From: Patescibacteria group bacterium
Lineage (GTDB): Bacteria; Patescibacteriota; JABMPQ01; JAQVVF01
DNA length: 64,000 nt
Direction: 5' to 3'
NCBI GenBank assembly: GCA_041662665.1
Contig: JBAZSC010000001.1
Span: forward strand, 577,511 to 641,510
Of this stretch, positions 1 through 10,464 are shown piece after piece. The position numbers were made by a program, and so were the translations under genes. The notes beneath the pieces were generated by a model. That model saw nothing but the letters and a program-made list of their open reading frames with translations, was not told the origin of the DNA and searched no databases. Within the stretch, counting starts at the first letter, position 1, and each line of letters starts with the position of its first letter.

Positions 1-924
1 AGATCAATCAAACAAGCTCTTTTATTTAGCTTAAGCGTATTTATTCCTTTATTGCAAGAAAAATTTGACATCATCGAAGCAGATCAAGTTCCATACTTCC
101 AATTATTTCCATTGAAACTAGTTACGCTGTTAAAAAGAAAAAAACTAAATGTTTCTTGGCTTGAAGTCTGGGGTAGAGAATATTGGATGAAATATCTTGG
201 ATGGAAAGGGATTTTCGGTTACTTAGTAGAAAAATTTTCTACTTATTTGCCTGACAATTTCATAGCTATTTCTGAATTAACCAAGGATAAGTTAATCCAG
301 AAATTTAATGTTTCAACAAATAAAATTGTATTTATACCGCCAACTGGAATAGATGAAAACAAATTTAAAAATTTTAAAAAAGTCGAACAATCAGATTGCA
401 TTTATTTTGGCAGACTTCTAAATCATAAAAATGTTGATTTATTTATTGAGGCCATAAATATTCTTAAAATAAAAAAACCAGAAATAAAATGTATAATAGT
501 TGGTGAAGGTCCAGAAAAAGAATCACTCCAAAAGATTACAAAAATATACGAACTTGAAAATAATATTAAATTTCTTGCTTCTCAAGAAGAAAACAAGCTT
601 TTTTCATATGTTAATGCCTCAAAAGTATTCGTTTTTCCTTCAACAAGAGAAGGATTCGGTATCTCAGTCCTAGAGGCAAATGCCTGTGGCAAACAAGCAA
701 TCGTAATCGATCATGAAGATAATGCAGCCAAAGATTTAGTCATCGACAATGTTACAGGGCATACCAGCAAATTAGATAAGTTGCAATTAGCACAAAAGAT
801 TGAGATAGCTTTGCAACAGTATAGCGATGACAGAATTAAGAAGGAATGTATCGAAAAAGCTGCAAGCTATCAGTGGCCAAAGATTATAAATAAAGTCACA
901 AATTTATATAATAATTGTCTTTAA
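1..924 (+). CDS. Glycosyltransferase family 4 (5' partial)
   Basis: Frame is open from base 1; GT-B motifs FGRLLNHKN and PSTREGFGISVLEANACG. Confidence 0.9.
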   Translation, partial: RSIKQALLFSLSVFIPLLQEKFDIIEADQVPYFQLFPLKLVTLLKRKKLNVSWLEVWGREYWMKYLGWKGIFGYLVEKFSTYLPDNFIAISELTKDKLIQKFNVSTNKIVFIPPTGIDENKFKNFKKVEQSDCIYFGRLLNHKNVDLFIEAINILKIKKPEIKCIIVGEGPEKESLQKITKIYELENNIKFLASQEENKLFSYVNASKVFVFPSTREGFGISVLEANACGKQAIVIDHEDNAAKDLVIDNVTGHTSKLDKLQLAQKIEIALQQYSDDRIKKECIEKAASYQWPKIINKVTNLYNNCL

Positions 925-953
925 TATATTTATTAATAATTAAAACAAACAAA

Positions 954-1523
954 ATGAAGAACAAAAAAGTATTGATTCTGTCATTAGTTTTAGGTGGAGC
1001 ATTTATTTTGACTACCGCCTTTGCTAGTGCAGCATCAATTTGGACAATCGACAATGGTCTAGTTAACAAAGTACTAACTATTGGTAACAAGAAAAACAAA
1101 GGTAAACTCTACGTAAAGGGTAAAATTTCTAACCCAAATAAGAAAAAATCAGTTACTGTTGATGACAATCTAAAAGTTAAAGGCACAGCTACGATTGAAG
1201 AGAATCTTAGCGTTGCAGGCACCACTACAATTAATGATGTTATTGATGGAGACGGTCTCTATAGAACGCCGGGGATAATTAAAGCGGCTGTGCATCTTTT
1301 AAGTAATGGTACTATATCTAAGTCATTTAACAAACTTTCCAATGAAGATGTAAGCTCAACAGCCATTAATGAAACTACAACTCAATTAGATTTTGGAGCA
1401 GATCTATCAAACGAATATATACAATTAACTGGGGTTTCAACTAATTTTTCACACATCGAAACCATATCTGGAGAAACCATAACTGTTCATTGTGGAGTTG
1501 TCTGCTATATAACAGTCTACTAG
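954..1523 (+). CDS. Secreted fibre/adhesin-like hypothetical protein
   Basis: ATG 954 gives a signal peptide (MKNKKVLILSLVLGGAFILTTAFASA); beta-rich segment TVDDNLKVKGTATIEENLSVAGTTTIND. Confidence 0.6.
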   Translation: MKNKKVLILSLVLGGAFILTTAFASAASIWTIDNGLVNKVLTIGNKKNKGKLYVKGKISNPNKKKSVTVDDNLKVKGTATIEENLSVAGTTTINDVIDGDGLYRTPGIIKAAVHLLSNGTISKSFNKLSNEDVSSTAINETTTQLDFGADLSNEYIQLTGVSTNFSHIETISGETITVHCGVVCYITVY

Positions 1524-1530
1524 ATTTCAG

Positions 1531-1556
1531 GTAGCACTAAAAATAATTAGTGCTAC
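1531..1556. terminator. Intergenic hairpin, possible terminator (no U-tract)
   Basis: GTAGCACTAA-AAATAA-TTAGTGCTAC just after the stop at 1523. Confidence 0.4.
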
Positions 1557-1582
1557 TCATTAATCTAGTATTCAAAATATTT

Positions 1583-2680
1583 ATGAAAATTATTCAAACT
1601 CCTGTTCGATTTTATCCAGCAATTGGCGGAGTCGAAAAATATGCCTTAGATTTGAGCTCTGAATTAGCCAAAAACAATAATGTCAAAGTTATTTGTGCAG
1701 ATGAACCTAAGACAAATCTTAACGAATCAAATAGTATAAAAATAAGTAGGCTTAGAACCTTTTTAAAAATTGCAAATACAAATATTACTTTATCTTTACC
1801 ATTTAGATTGCTAAGAGAAAAATTTGACTTGATTCACACTTATTTCCCAACTCCATGGAGTTCTGATTGGTCAGTTCTAATCGCAAAACTCAAAGGCAAA
1901 AAGGCAGTAATATCTTATTGTAATGATATAAAAGGAAGCGGAATCAGCGATATTATTGCAAAAATATATAATAATACAGTTCTAAGGCTTACATTGAGAC
2001 TAGCTGATAAAATTATCATTATCGGCCCAAATTTTTTAGAAACATCTAAATATTTAAAAAAATATTCAAATAAAATAATATTTATTCCAATTGGTGTTGA
2101 TACTGAAAAATTCAAAAAAATAAATATTGATAAAGAAAAAAATACATTATTTTTCTTAAGCATTTTAGATGAATATCATCAGTACAAAGGATTAGATTAT
2201 CTTCTTGAAGCAATCAGGTTAGTTAAAAAAGAAAATCCAGACGTTAAATTGATTGTTGGAGGAAAAGGAAAATTACAAAGTGATTATATTAAAAAAGCAA
2301 AAGGTTTAGGTATTGAAAGCAATGTCAAATTTATTGGATTTGTTGCTGATAATGAATTAATTAGTTATTATAATAAATGCGAGTGTTTTATTCTTCCTTC
2401 ATGCGATTCAGAGCAAGAAGGGTTTGGAATTGTCCTGCTTGAAGCACTATCCTGCGACACTCCAGTCATAGCAACAGACGTTGTCGGCATAGCAAGGGAA
2501 ATAAAAGAAAATAATGCTGGAATAATTATAGAGCCAAAAAAAGCCGACCAACTGGCAAGTGCAATAAATACCTTACTTAGAGATCCAGCAGTTTATACAA
2601 AAAACATTGATAATCTTGTTTCAAAGTACTGTATCCAGAAAACTGCTCAACAAGTAAGAAAACTGTATAATTCTCTTTAA
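1583..2680 (+). CDS. Glycosyltransferase family 4
   Basis: MKIIQTPVRFYPAIGGVE start; EQEGFGIVLLEALSCDTPV. Confidence 0.92.
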   Translation: MKIIQTPVRFYPAIGGVEKYALDLSSELAKNNNVKVICADEPKTNLNESNSIKISRLRTFLKIANTNITLSLPFRLLREKFDLIHTYFPTPWSSDWSVLIAKLKGKKAVISYCNDIKGSGISDIIAKIYNNTVLRLTLRLADKIIIIGPNFLETSKYLKKYSNKIIFIPIGVDTEKFKKINIDKEKNTLFFLSILDEYHQYKGLDYLLEAIRLVKKENPDVKLIVGGKGKLQSDYIKKAKGLGIESNVKFIGFVADNELISYYNKCECFILPSCDSEQEGFGIVLLEALSCDTPVIATDVVGIAREIKENNAGIIIEPKKADQLASAINTLLRDPAVYTKNIDNLVSKYCIQKTAQQVRKLYNSL

Positions 2681-2705
2681 GAATTTACTAAAATAAAAAA
2701 GCGTA

Positions 2706-4265
2706 ATGAAAAACAAAACAAAATATCTAATTTTCCTATCACTATTGCTCGCAATAGGTATTTTGTTTTATACTAGTATTTTTTATAACCAATATCCAAT
2801 TCTTTTAGGCGATGATGGAATTAGGCATATCAGCCATGCTCAGGAAATTATTAAAACAGGATATCCAAATCAAGTTCTTGATCCTCCAGTATTCCATATT
2901 TTGATTGCTACAATTTCCTTAATAACAGGCCAATCTAGTGCTACAGTCCTTACGTTTGGAGTTCCATTTATATTAATGCTTGTCCTCGCAGCAATTTTCA
3001 TGTTTGCAAAGAAAGCTTTTGGAATAAATATCGCTATTTTAGCATGTTTTTTAGTTGCTTTTGTTTCAAGACAGCCGATTCAAACATTGGAAGATGGTTC
3101 ATTACCAAGTGTCTTTACTAGCGGTTTCTTATTTATTTTTGGATTATATTTCTTATATCAAGCGCTAAAAAGTAACTACGATGTTCGGTATATCTCGTTA
3201 TCTTCCATTTTCTTTATATGTCTAATCTTGACCCATCATCTTACATTTACATATTTTTGTATATTTTTAGGCTTAATGTTTATCTATCTACTAGTAAATT
3301 CACTAATTAAAAAAGACTTCAGAGCATTATTGATCTTTTTAATCATATGTGCAGCAATCGCTATCCTTGGTTTTTTGTTTGCCTTGCCATATTATGGATA
3401 TGCAATAATCAATAGCGTTTTTAAAAATATATTTCCAGATATTGCAGTCGGAGGAACAAATGCAGCTCAAATAGTATTGGCAGAAACTGATGTTATGCCA
3501 TCATTCGCAAGGATTAGCGATCTACTGAGCAATAATTTATTGCTTTATTTAACAATTCTAGGAATTATTTTATGTATATTTTTTAAAGCTAAAAATAATA
3601 AAACAAATGACTTTTCTGCTCCAATACTTTTTTCCTGGCTATTGGCATTAATTATTGGCGCATCAATACCAATAACAGTAGAACATCTCCGCTATATGCG
3701 TGATATGGCCATACCGATTTGTATCTTATCAAGCATCGCTATAATTCTGAGCATCAGCATTATAAATAATATAAAATACAAACTGTATGTTTCATTTGCA
3801 ATTACACTTTTACTTATTATTCCAACAGCAAAAAGAGTTGACCACATAATTAGCTATAATACGATGCAAAGAGTTCAGCCTGTAGATACGCAAGCAATCA
3901 ATTGGATAAAAAACAATACTCTGAAAAACTCTAAAATCTTAATTACTCCTGGTTTTGGAACAAGAGGTTGGGGAGATTATATATCGTTATTAACAGATCG
4001 TGAAACAGTTATCATTCAAAACATTAAAGATAAAAAAGAATATTTAGCTTTTAACGATCCAGACAACGAATCATCAAAAAAGTATTTTCAAGAAAATAAC
4101 ATTAGCTATATTTATGCGGGCAAGGAACCAATTGGCTGGTGGCCTGGGTTAGAAAAATTTCCATGGCATAATAGCAATCTAACAAAAGCTAGTAATTTGG
4201 ATAAAAAAACCGAATTCAATAGTAAATTCGGCAATGTAGAGATATTCGAAGTTTTGAATAACTAA
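2706..4265 (+). CDS. Multi-pass membrane protein, GT-C-like glycosyltransferase
   Basis: About 11 TM segments; acidic GDD..RH loop after TM1, DPPVFH, C-terminal AINWIKNNT...NISYIY; paralog of 22307-24409. Confidence 0.65.
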   Translation: MKNKTKYLIFLSLLLAIGILFYTSIFYNQYPILLGDDGIRHISHAQEIIKTGYPNQVLDPPVFHILIATISLITGQSSATVLTFGVPFILMLVLAAIFMFAKKAFGINIAILACFLVAFVSRQPIQTLEDGSLPSVFTSGFLFIFGLYFLYQALKSNYDVRYISLSSIFFICLILTHHLTFTYFCIFLGLMFIYLLVNSLIKKDFRALLIFLIICAAIAILGFLFALPYYGYAIINSVFKNIFPDIAVGGTNAAQIVLAETDVMPSFARISDLLSNNLLLYLTILGIILCIFFKAKNNKTNDFSAPILFSWLLALIIGASIPITVEHLRYMRDMAIPICILSSIAIILSISIINNIKYKLYVSFAITLLLIIPTAKRVDHIISYNTMQRVQPVDTQAINWIKNNTLKNSKILITPGFGTRGWGDYISLLTDRETVIIQNIKDKKEYLAFNDPDNESSKKYFQENNISYIYAGKEPIGWWPGLEKFPWHNSNLTKASNLDKKTEFNSKFGNVEIFEVLNN

Positions 4266-5221
4266 TATTTAATTAAAAAAATCCTTTTATCAAATAGTTT
4301 CCTTATTTCTTTATTCGAAATACGGATTTTTTTTTGTATTATATTTCTCTTTTTAAAAACCAAGCCTATTTTTTTAAAAGCATCAATTTTTGACTTCAAA
4401 AAAAGTTTTAGTTTGCGTCTTTTCAAATAAACAAAGAAACCAGTAATCTGACCAAGTAAAATATACATTCCATATCTAAAAATTAATCCAACTGGAAAAT
4501 TTTTAGCTATCAACCAAATATGATTTCTCTGATTATAAAAGCAAGAAAAATCGCTACCTGATTTCGAGCTTGCAGAAATCTTATGATAAACAAATGATTT
4601 TTCAGATTTTAAAGCTTTATATCCGAGCAAATGACCGCGAAACGCGAGATCAACATCTTCAGCATACATAAAAAAATCAGAATCAAAATATTTTCCATCT
4701 ATTTCAATGTCTCTCAGCATTTTTGTAGAATATAAAGCAGCTCCGCCACATGGTCCTAAGTACTTATAATTATCATTTTTAATGCTGAAACTTAAGCCAG
4801 ATTTTGTTATTAAAATACCCTCATTATCAATCTTTTTTTGATCATAATAGTTAATCATAATTCCGCCGATCATCCCAACATCATTATCAGCAAACTTTAT
4901 CATCTCCCGTAAAAAATTTGGCTCCACAACAGTGTCATTATTCAAGCAAAGAACATAATCAGTACCATTTTTTAAGGCAGCAGAAATACCGATATTATTG
5001 CCTTCAGCAAATCCGTAATTACGGTTATTGCAAATTAATTTAATAAAATTGCCAAATTTATCTTTGAGTATTTTTGCTTCACTATTCTTAGAATTATTAT
5101 CGACTAAAATTACTTCATAATTATCATAATTAATATTTTTTAACGAATTCAAACATTCCATAGTATCGCTAAGGCCATTCCAATTTAAAATAACAATTGA
5201 TACCCTTGGATTATTGCTCAT
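4262..5221 (-). CDS. Glycosyltransferase family 2
   Basis: VSIVILNWNG, VDNNS, LNNDT, FFMYAEDVDL. Confidence 0.92.
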   Translation of the reverse strand: MSNNPRVSIVILNWNGLSDTMECLNSLKNINYDNYEVILVDNNSKNSEAKILKDKFGNFIKLICNNRNYGFAEGNNIGISAALKNGTDYVLCLNNDTVVEPNFLREMIKFADNDVGMIGGIMINYYDQKKIDNEGILITKSGLSFSIKNDNYKYLGPCGGAALYSTKMLRDIEIDGKYFDSDFFMYAEDVDLAFRGHLLGYKALKSEKSFVYHKISASSKSGSDFSCFYNQRNHIWLIAKNFPVGLIFRYGMYILLGQITGFFVYLKRRKLKLFLKSKIDAFKKIGLVFKKRNIIQKKIRISNKEIRKLFDKRIFLIKY

Positions 5222-6329
5222 TTACACGAGTTAAAACTTCTAAAGTTTGTTTAGCGCATTTTTCCCATGAAAATAATCTAGCGCGCTCTAGACCTTTTGA
5301 AGAAAGATTACTTCTCAATAAATCATCATCAATCAAACCCAAAATTCTTTCTGCAATTTCTTCAATAGAATATGGATTGTTAATCAAGATGCCGGCATCA
5401 GAGCAAATCTCAGGAAGTGAAGAAACATTTGACGTAACTACCGGAGTTCCGCATGCCATTGCTTCTAAAAGAGGCAAGCCAAAACCTTCATACAGAGAAG
5501 GAAGAACAAAACATTTTGCGCCAGAAATCAATGCTGATAAATCATTTTCAGGAACATAATCAGTAAATATGACATTGTCTTTTAGTCTAAGTTCCGAAAC
5601 TGCATTAAAAATATCATCATATAGCCAGCCCTTTTTACCAACAATAACAAGTTTTTCTTTTCTTCCTTTTTTCACTAGCAAATCATAAGCTCTAATTAAT
5701 CTTTCGACATTCTTTCTTTTTTGCAACGTTCCAACAAAAATAATGTAGTCATTATTTATTTTATATCTTATCTTAGTTTTCTCAATTTCTTCGCTCGATC
5801 TTCTATAAAATTTATTCTTATCATAACCAAGATAGATAACAGAAATTTTTTCTGGCTTAACGTCATAGAATTCAATAATATCGTTTTTTGTTGATATTGA
5901 ATCAGCAATTAAATGATCAGAATATTTTATTGCAAAATTAGTTGTCAATTTAGACAGCATTATATAATCAAAATTTGTAAAATATTCTCTAAATTTTTTG
6001 TAAGCCAAGTCATGGATAACTGCTACTTTTTTGCAGCCTGTATAAAAGGGGATAGAGTGAGCTGGTGCAAAAAACAAATCAAATTTATCTTTATTCGTCA
6101 AAAAATGGTAAGTTAGTCTAGTTTGAGGCCAGCACATTTTGGGATTCTTCAATATCTTCAAATCAATCTTTCTTGAATCAAAATTATTAGCACAATCCTC
6201 ATTAACAAACAAAGTATAATCATTACTATGATCAATTTTGACAATATTATCTAATAGATTAGTAAAATATCCAGATATTCCATCTTTCTGTTTCTCAAAA
6301 TATGGCCTTGAATCAATTGCTATGTTCAT
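5211..6329 (-). CDS. Glycosyltransferase family 4 (mannosyl/rhamnosyltransferase-like)
   Basis: IHDL, FVGTLQKRKN, PSLYEGFGLPLLEAMACG. Confidence 0.92.
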   Translation of the reverse strand: MNIAIDSRPYFEKQKDGISGYFTNLLDNIVKIDHSNDYTLFVNEDCANNFDSRKIDLKILKNPKMCWPQTRLTYHFLTNKDKFDLFFAPAHSIPFYTGCKKVAVIHDLAYKKFREYFTNFDYIMLSKLTTNFAIKYSDHLIADSISTKNDIIEFYDVKPEKISVIYLGYDKNKFYRRSSEEIEKTKIRYKINNDYIIFVGTLQKRKNVERLIRAYDLLVKKGRKEKLVIVGKKGWLYDDIFNAVSELRLKDNVIFTDYVPENDLSALISGAKCFVLPSLYEGFGLPLLEAMACGTPVVTSNVSSLPEICSDAGILINNPYSIEEIAERILGLIDDDLLRSNLSSKGLERARLFSWEKCAKQTLEVLTRVNEQ

Positions 6330-6330
6330 T

Positions 6331-7482
6331 TTATCTAATATAATTATTAAAAACTTTTAAGTATTCATCAGACATTTTCTTCCAGGAAAAGTAATTTACT
6401 CTCTTCAAGCCACGCTTTGAAAAATCATTTCTTAAATTATTATCAGTAATTATTAATTTAATCTTCTCGGCTATTTCTTCAACTGAATTAGGATTGTTAA
6501 TTAAGACTGCTGCATCAGATGTAACTTCTGGTAGTGAAGAAATATTTGAAGCAACTACAGGAGTTCCAGTAGCCATTGATTCCAAAATAGGAATACCAAA
6601 ACCCTCGTATAGAGATGGCAAAACAAAAACTTTTGCGCCGGCTAATAATGGAGAGATGTCATCTTTAGAGACATAATCAGTGAATATTACATCGTTTTCT
6701 AACTTTTTTTCCATAATAGTTGCAAAAATATCTTGATAAAGCCAGCCTTTTTTGCCTGCGATTACAAGTTTTTCATTAATTTCATATTTTTTCTTCAGTA
6801 AATCAAAAGCTAATATTAAATTTCTGATATTTTTTCTTTTTTGAAGAGTGCCTACAAAAAGCATATATTCAGAGTCTATATTGTATTTTTGTTTTAACCT
6901 AATGATTTCAGACTTTTTTTGCAAGCAAAATTTATTTTTATCATAACCCAAATAAACGACATTAATCTTTTCGTGAGAAACATTGTAAAACTTGATTAAA
7001 TCATTTTTTGTGGCAATCGAATCTGCAAAAATTTTCTTAGATTTTAGGATAGTTAGTCTAGCAAAAAATTTAAAAATCAAACGGTCTTTAAAATTAAAAC
7101 ATTCCTGTTGAGTTAGAAAAGAAAGATCATGAATTACAGTAAACAAATTTGTTGTACAAAATAAAGGCCCCATCTGATTAGTTGATAAAAAAATATCCAA
7201 CTTATCTTTCGCAATCATGATTGGTAAAGACAAAACATTCCAAAATAAAAACATTAGAATGTCTCTTCCTACTGATGGTTTTAATTTACATATTCTAATT
7301 GAAAAATTATCAGGCAAAATAAAATCAGGAGCCAAATCATAATAAGAATACAAAACATACTTGTTATTGCGATCAAGTTTTAAATTTTCTATTAAATTAT
7401 AAATAAAAGTCTCAGTACCAGTTTTTTCAACTCTATGGATACCAGTAACATCTATTCCGATTTTTAATTGCTTGATTGCCAT
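6331..7482 (-). CDS. Glycosyltransferase family 4, tandem paralog of 5211-6329
   Basis: Shares YLGYDKNKF, FVGTLQKRKN, GKKGWLY, PSLYEGFG. Confidence 0.92.
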   Translation of the reverse strand: MAIKQLKIGIDVTGIHRVEKTGTETFIYNLIENLKLDRNNKYVLYSYYDLAPDFILPDNFSIRICKLKPSVGRDILMFLFWNVLSLPIMIAKDKLDIFLSTNQMGPLFCTTNLFTVIHDLSFLTQQECFNFKDRLIFKFFARLTILKSKKIFADSIATKNDLIKFYNVSHEKINVVYLGYDKNKFCLQKKSEIIRLKQKYNIDSEYMLFVGTLQKRKNIRNLILAFDLLKKKYEINEKLVIAGKKGWLYQDIFATIMEKKLENDVIFTDYVSKDDISPLLAGAKVFVLPSLYEGFGIPILESMATGTPVVASNISSLPEVTSDAAVLINNPNSVEEIAEKIKLIITDNNLRNDFSKRGLKRVNYFSWKKMSDEYLKVFNNYIR

Positions 7483-7550
7483 TTATATGCTTAAATTAAA
7501 TAAATACTCAAATTTCACTGAACTAAATTAAGATAAATATATAAGCTTGT

Positions 7551-8702
7551 ATGAAAGTCGCAATAGTACGTGGAGCAACAATCAATAAATGGGAAATGCA
7601 AAATTACGAGCCTCTCGCAAAAAATTTTAGCGTAGAAGGAATTTATGCAAAGCCACAATTTTTTAAAACAGAAGATATAAAATTACCGCTTATGAATTTT
7701 TTTTCTCTGGCAAAACCAATTAATGATTCAAAAATTGGCCATTATTTTGGTGAATTCTTTTTTGGCAATATAGATTATCCTTTTTTTCTAACAAAATATT
7801 TATCAAAATTCGATATTATAAATACAATTGAAACATTTAATCCTTATACTATCCAATCGCTAGATTCAAAAAAGAAAAATCCTAAGCAGAAAGTTATTGT
7901 AACAGTATGGGAAAATATACCATTTAATAATGAATTTTTCAATAAACAACGATTAAACAAGAAAAAAACATTGAAAGAAGCGGATCATTTTATTGCAACC
8001 TCGATTCGTGCAAAAGAAGCATTGATACTAGAAGGCGCTGATCCAAAAAAAATTACAGTCTTGTATATGGGAATAGATCTAAACAGATTTAAACCTCAGT
8101 CAAAAGATACTGAAATGCTTAACAGACTAGGATTTAAAAAAAATGATTTTATTATTCTTTGCATCGGCAGATTGGTTTGGGAAAAGGGGATACAAGATGT
8201 CTTAAAATCGGTGGCAAGCATAATAAGAAAAAATTCAAAAGTTAAATTATTGATAGTCGGGGACGGTCCTATGTCTAAGAAAATTACTTCATTATCGAAA
8301 AAAATGAAAATTGATAAAAATATCAGATTAATTAAGAACTTTCCTTATCAAGATCTACCAAAAGTACATAACTTGGCTGATATCTTCGTCTTGCCAAGCA
8401 TTCCAGTAAAACAATGGCAGGAACAATTTGGTATGGTTTTTATAGAGAGCATGGCATGCGCCAAACCAGTCATTTCTACATTATCAGGATCAATTCCTGA
8501 AGTTATCGGGGATGCGGGAATCTTAGTATCACCAGCAGATAGCTATGAATTGTCTAAAAAAATAGATTTATTGTATAAGAACAAGAATTTAAGGATTGAG
8601 TTAGGTACTAAAGCAAGAAAAAGAGCATTAGATCTATTTGACTGTCAAAAAGCTGGAGAAAAAATAAGTCAAATATTCCAAAAAGTTTACAATCAAAATT
8701 AA
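7551..8702 (+). CDS. Glycosyltransferase family 4
   Basis: IGRLVWEKG, WQEQFGMVFIESMAC. Confidence 0.92.
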   Translation: MKVAIVRGATINKWEMQNYEPLAKNFSVEGIYAKPQFFKTEDIKLPLMNFFSLAKPINDSKIGHYFGEFFFGNIDYPFFLTKYLSKFDIINTIETFNPYTIQSLDSKKKNPKQKVIVTVWENIPFNNEFFNKQRLNKKKTLKEADHFIATSIRAKEALILEGADPKKITVLYMGIDLNRFKPQSKDTEMLNRLGFKKNDFIILCIGRLVWEKGIQDVLKSVASIIRKNSKVKLLIVGDGPMSKKITSLSKKMKIDKNIRLIKNFPYQDLPKVHNLADIFVLPSIPVKQWQEQFGMVFIESMACAKPVISTLSGSIPEVIGDAGILVSPADSYELSKKIDLLYKNKNLRIELGTKARKRALDLFDCQKAGEKISQIFQKVYNQN

Positions 8703-9853
8703 AGATTAGCAAAAATATCAATAGTTTTTAAAGCAGCTCTATCCCATGTAAATCTCTTAACATTTTCGTGGGATTTTTTAATTAATTCATTTCTAAGATC
8801 AGAATCGGATAGAATTTTTGTCATCGCATTTTTTATTGAATCAGTATCTAACGGATCAACTAAAATCGCTCCAATGTTAGCAATCTCTTTTAATGAAGAA
8901 TTGTCAGAGGTTACAACTGGACATCCAAATCGCATTGCATCAGCTACTGGCAAACCAAAACCTTCATAAAGAGAAGGAAAAACAAACAATGCAGCATTTC
9001 TATACAAATTAGGAAGATCTTTATTATCAATAAAACCTGCAAAAATAACGTTCTTTTTAAGATTTAATTTAGAAATAATACTATCTAGTTCAATTTTATC
9101 ATTTGTTGGAATCTTGCCAGCTAAAATTAATTTATAGTTGTTCTTAATATCTAAATCTAATTTATTGTAGGACTCAAGAATCATTTTAACGTTTTTTCTA
9201 AAATCATATCCGCCTAAATGAAGAATATATTTGCCTTCAATTCCGTATTTCTTAATATTTGATTTTTCTAATTTATCGAACCTAACATCTACTCCAGGAT
9301 ATGCAACAAAAACTTTATTTCTATCAAATTTAATTTTTGAAAGTAAATCATTTTTAGCACTTTCAGAAATTGCTAATATTGCATTAGAATCAGTAAAACT
9401 TTGCAAATAATTAAGATATTTTTTCTTCAACTTTTCAGATCTTAAATATTGCTTTTCAAAAATCAGCGGAATCATATCAAAAAATACTCTTATGACTTTA
9501 TAGTTTCCTTTCTGAATTCTAAAATCGCTATCACCAGTAGAAAAAGTCAACAAAATATCAACGTTATTTTTTTCGAGAGTTTTTTTAAGTAGATAGCTTT
9601 CAATAAACTGAAAATTTCTATAAAAATTAAAATAAATATTACTATCAATAAAAGATAATGGTTTTAAAATAGTATATTTTTCTAAATTAAGTATGCTAAA
9701 ATTTGAAAAATTATTATATCCAATTATAAAGAATTCATGATTTCCAGAATGCTTTTCAAGCAAAGATTTTGTCAAATTTTTTGCAACGTAACCAAAGCCT
9801 CTGTAAGAGTAGGGTAAAAACTGCGCGATTCTAACATCTAAAGCAATTTTCAT
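8699..9853 (-). CDS. Glycosyltransferase family 4
   Basis: GGYDFRKN, FPSLYEGFGLPVADAM. Confidence 0.9.
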   Translation of the reverse strand: MKIALDVRIAQFLPYSYRGFGYVAKNLTKSLLEKHSGNHEFFIIGYNNFSNFSILNLEKYTILKPLSFIDSNIYFNFYRNFQFIESYLLKKTLEKNNVDILLTFSTGDSDFRIQKGNYKVIRVFFDMIPLIFEKQYLRSEKLKKKYLNYLQSFTDSNAILAISESAKNDLLSKIKFDRNKVFVAYPGVDVRFDKLEKSNIKKYGIEGKYILHLGGYDFRKNVKMILESYNKLDLDIKNNYKLILAGKIPTNDKIELDSIISKLNLKKNVIFAGFIDNKDLPNLYRNAALFVFPSLYEGFGLPVADAMRFGCPVVTSDNSSLKEIANIGAILVDPLDTDSIKNAMTKILSDSDLRNELIKKSHENVKRFTWDRAALKTIDIFANL

Positions 9854-10464
9854 TTTTTTGCTACTATATAAGAATTTATCCCAGTAATTTTTAAATTAAT
9901 AATGCTCTCAAAACTGCGTTTTAGATAATCGTATATGCTATTAGCAGAAATAAGACTGCATGAATCAACAATTTTAAAACCCTGTTCTTTCAATAAATCA
10001 GAAAGCAAGAGTAATGGATATGGTCGAACATGAGTTGGATCAAGCCAGAATATTTCTGACATAACCTGAAACGAAGCAGAATTAGGAGTTATAATACCCA
10101 AAACTCCTTCGTCGGACAAAGAATTATAGCAGGAATGCAATAAATGCTTTGCATCGTTAACGGAAAAGTGTTCAATGATATGCCCCAAGAATATGCCGTC
10201 AAACTTATTTTTATTTTTGTTCAAAAAATCTACAATATTACTCTTATAAACATTCAAGTTTTTTTCTTTGCAACATTTTATTGATTCATCGCTATTGTCA
10301 ACCCCGATTGATTTAACGTTAATTCCTTTTAACATTTCCATAAAAACTCCTCGACCACAACCTAGATCTAGAACATTTTTGCGACCTGCAAAAAAATTCA
10401 AAAAATATTTTTGAGTTTTATAGACATCTAATTCTGAGCCACCAAAATTATATTGAGATTTCAT
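9850..10464 (-). CDS. Class I SAM-dependent methyltransferase (probably glycan-modifying)
   Basis: VLDLGCGRG, HIIEH, FWLDPTHVRP. Confidence 0.88.
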   Translation of the reverse strand: MKSQYNFGGSELDVYKTQKYFLNFFAGRKNVLDLGCGRGVFMEMLKGINVKSIGVDNSDESIKCCKEKNLNVYKSNIVDFLNKNKNKFDGIFLGHIIEHFSVNDAKHLLHSCYNSLSDEGVLGIITPNSASFQVMSEIFWLDPTHVRPYPLLLLSDLLKEQGFKIVDSCSLISANSIYDYLKRSFESIINLKITGINSYIVAKK

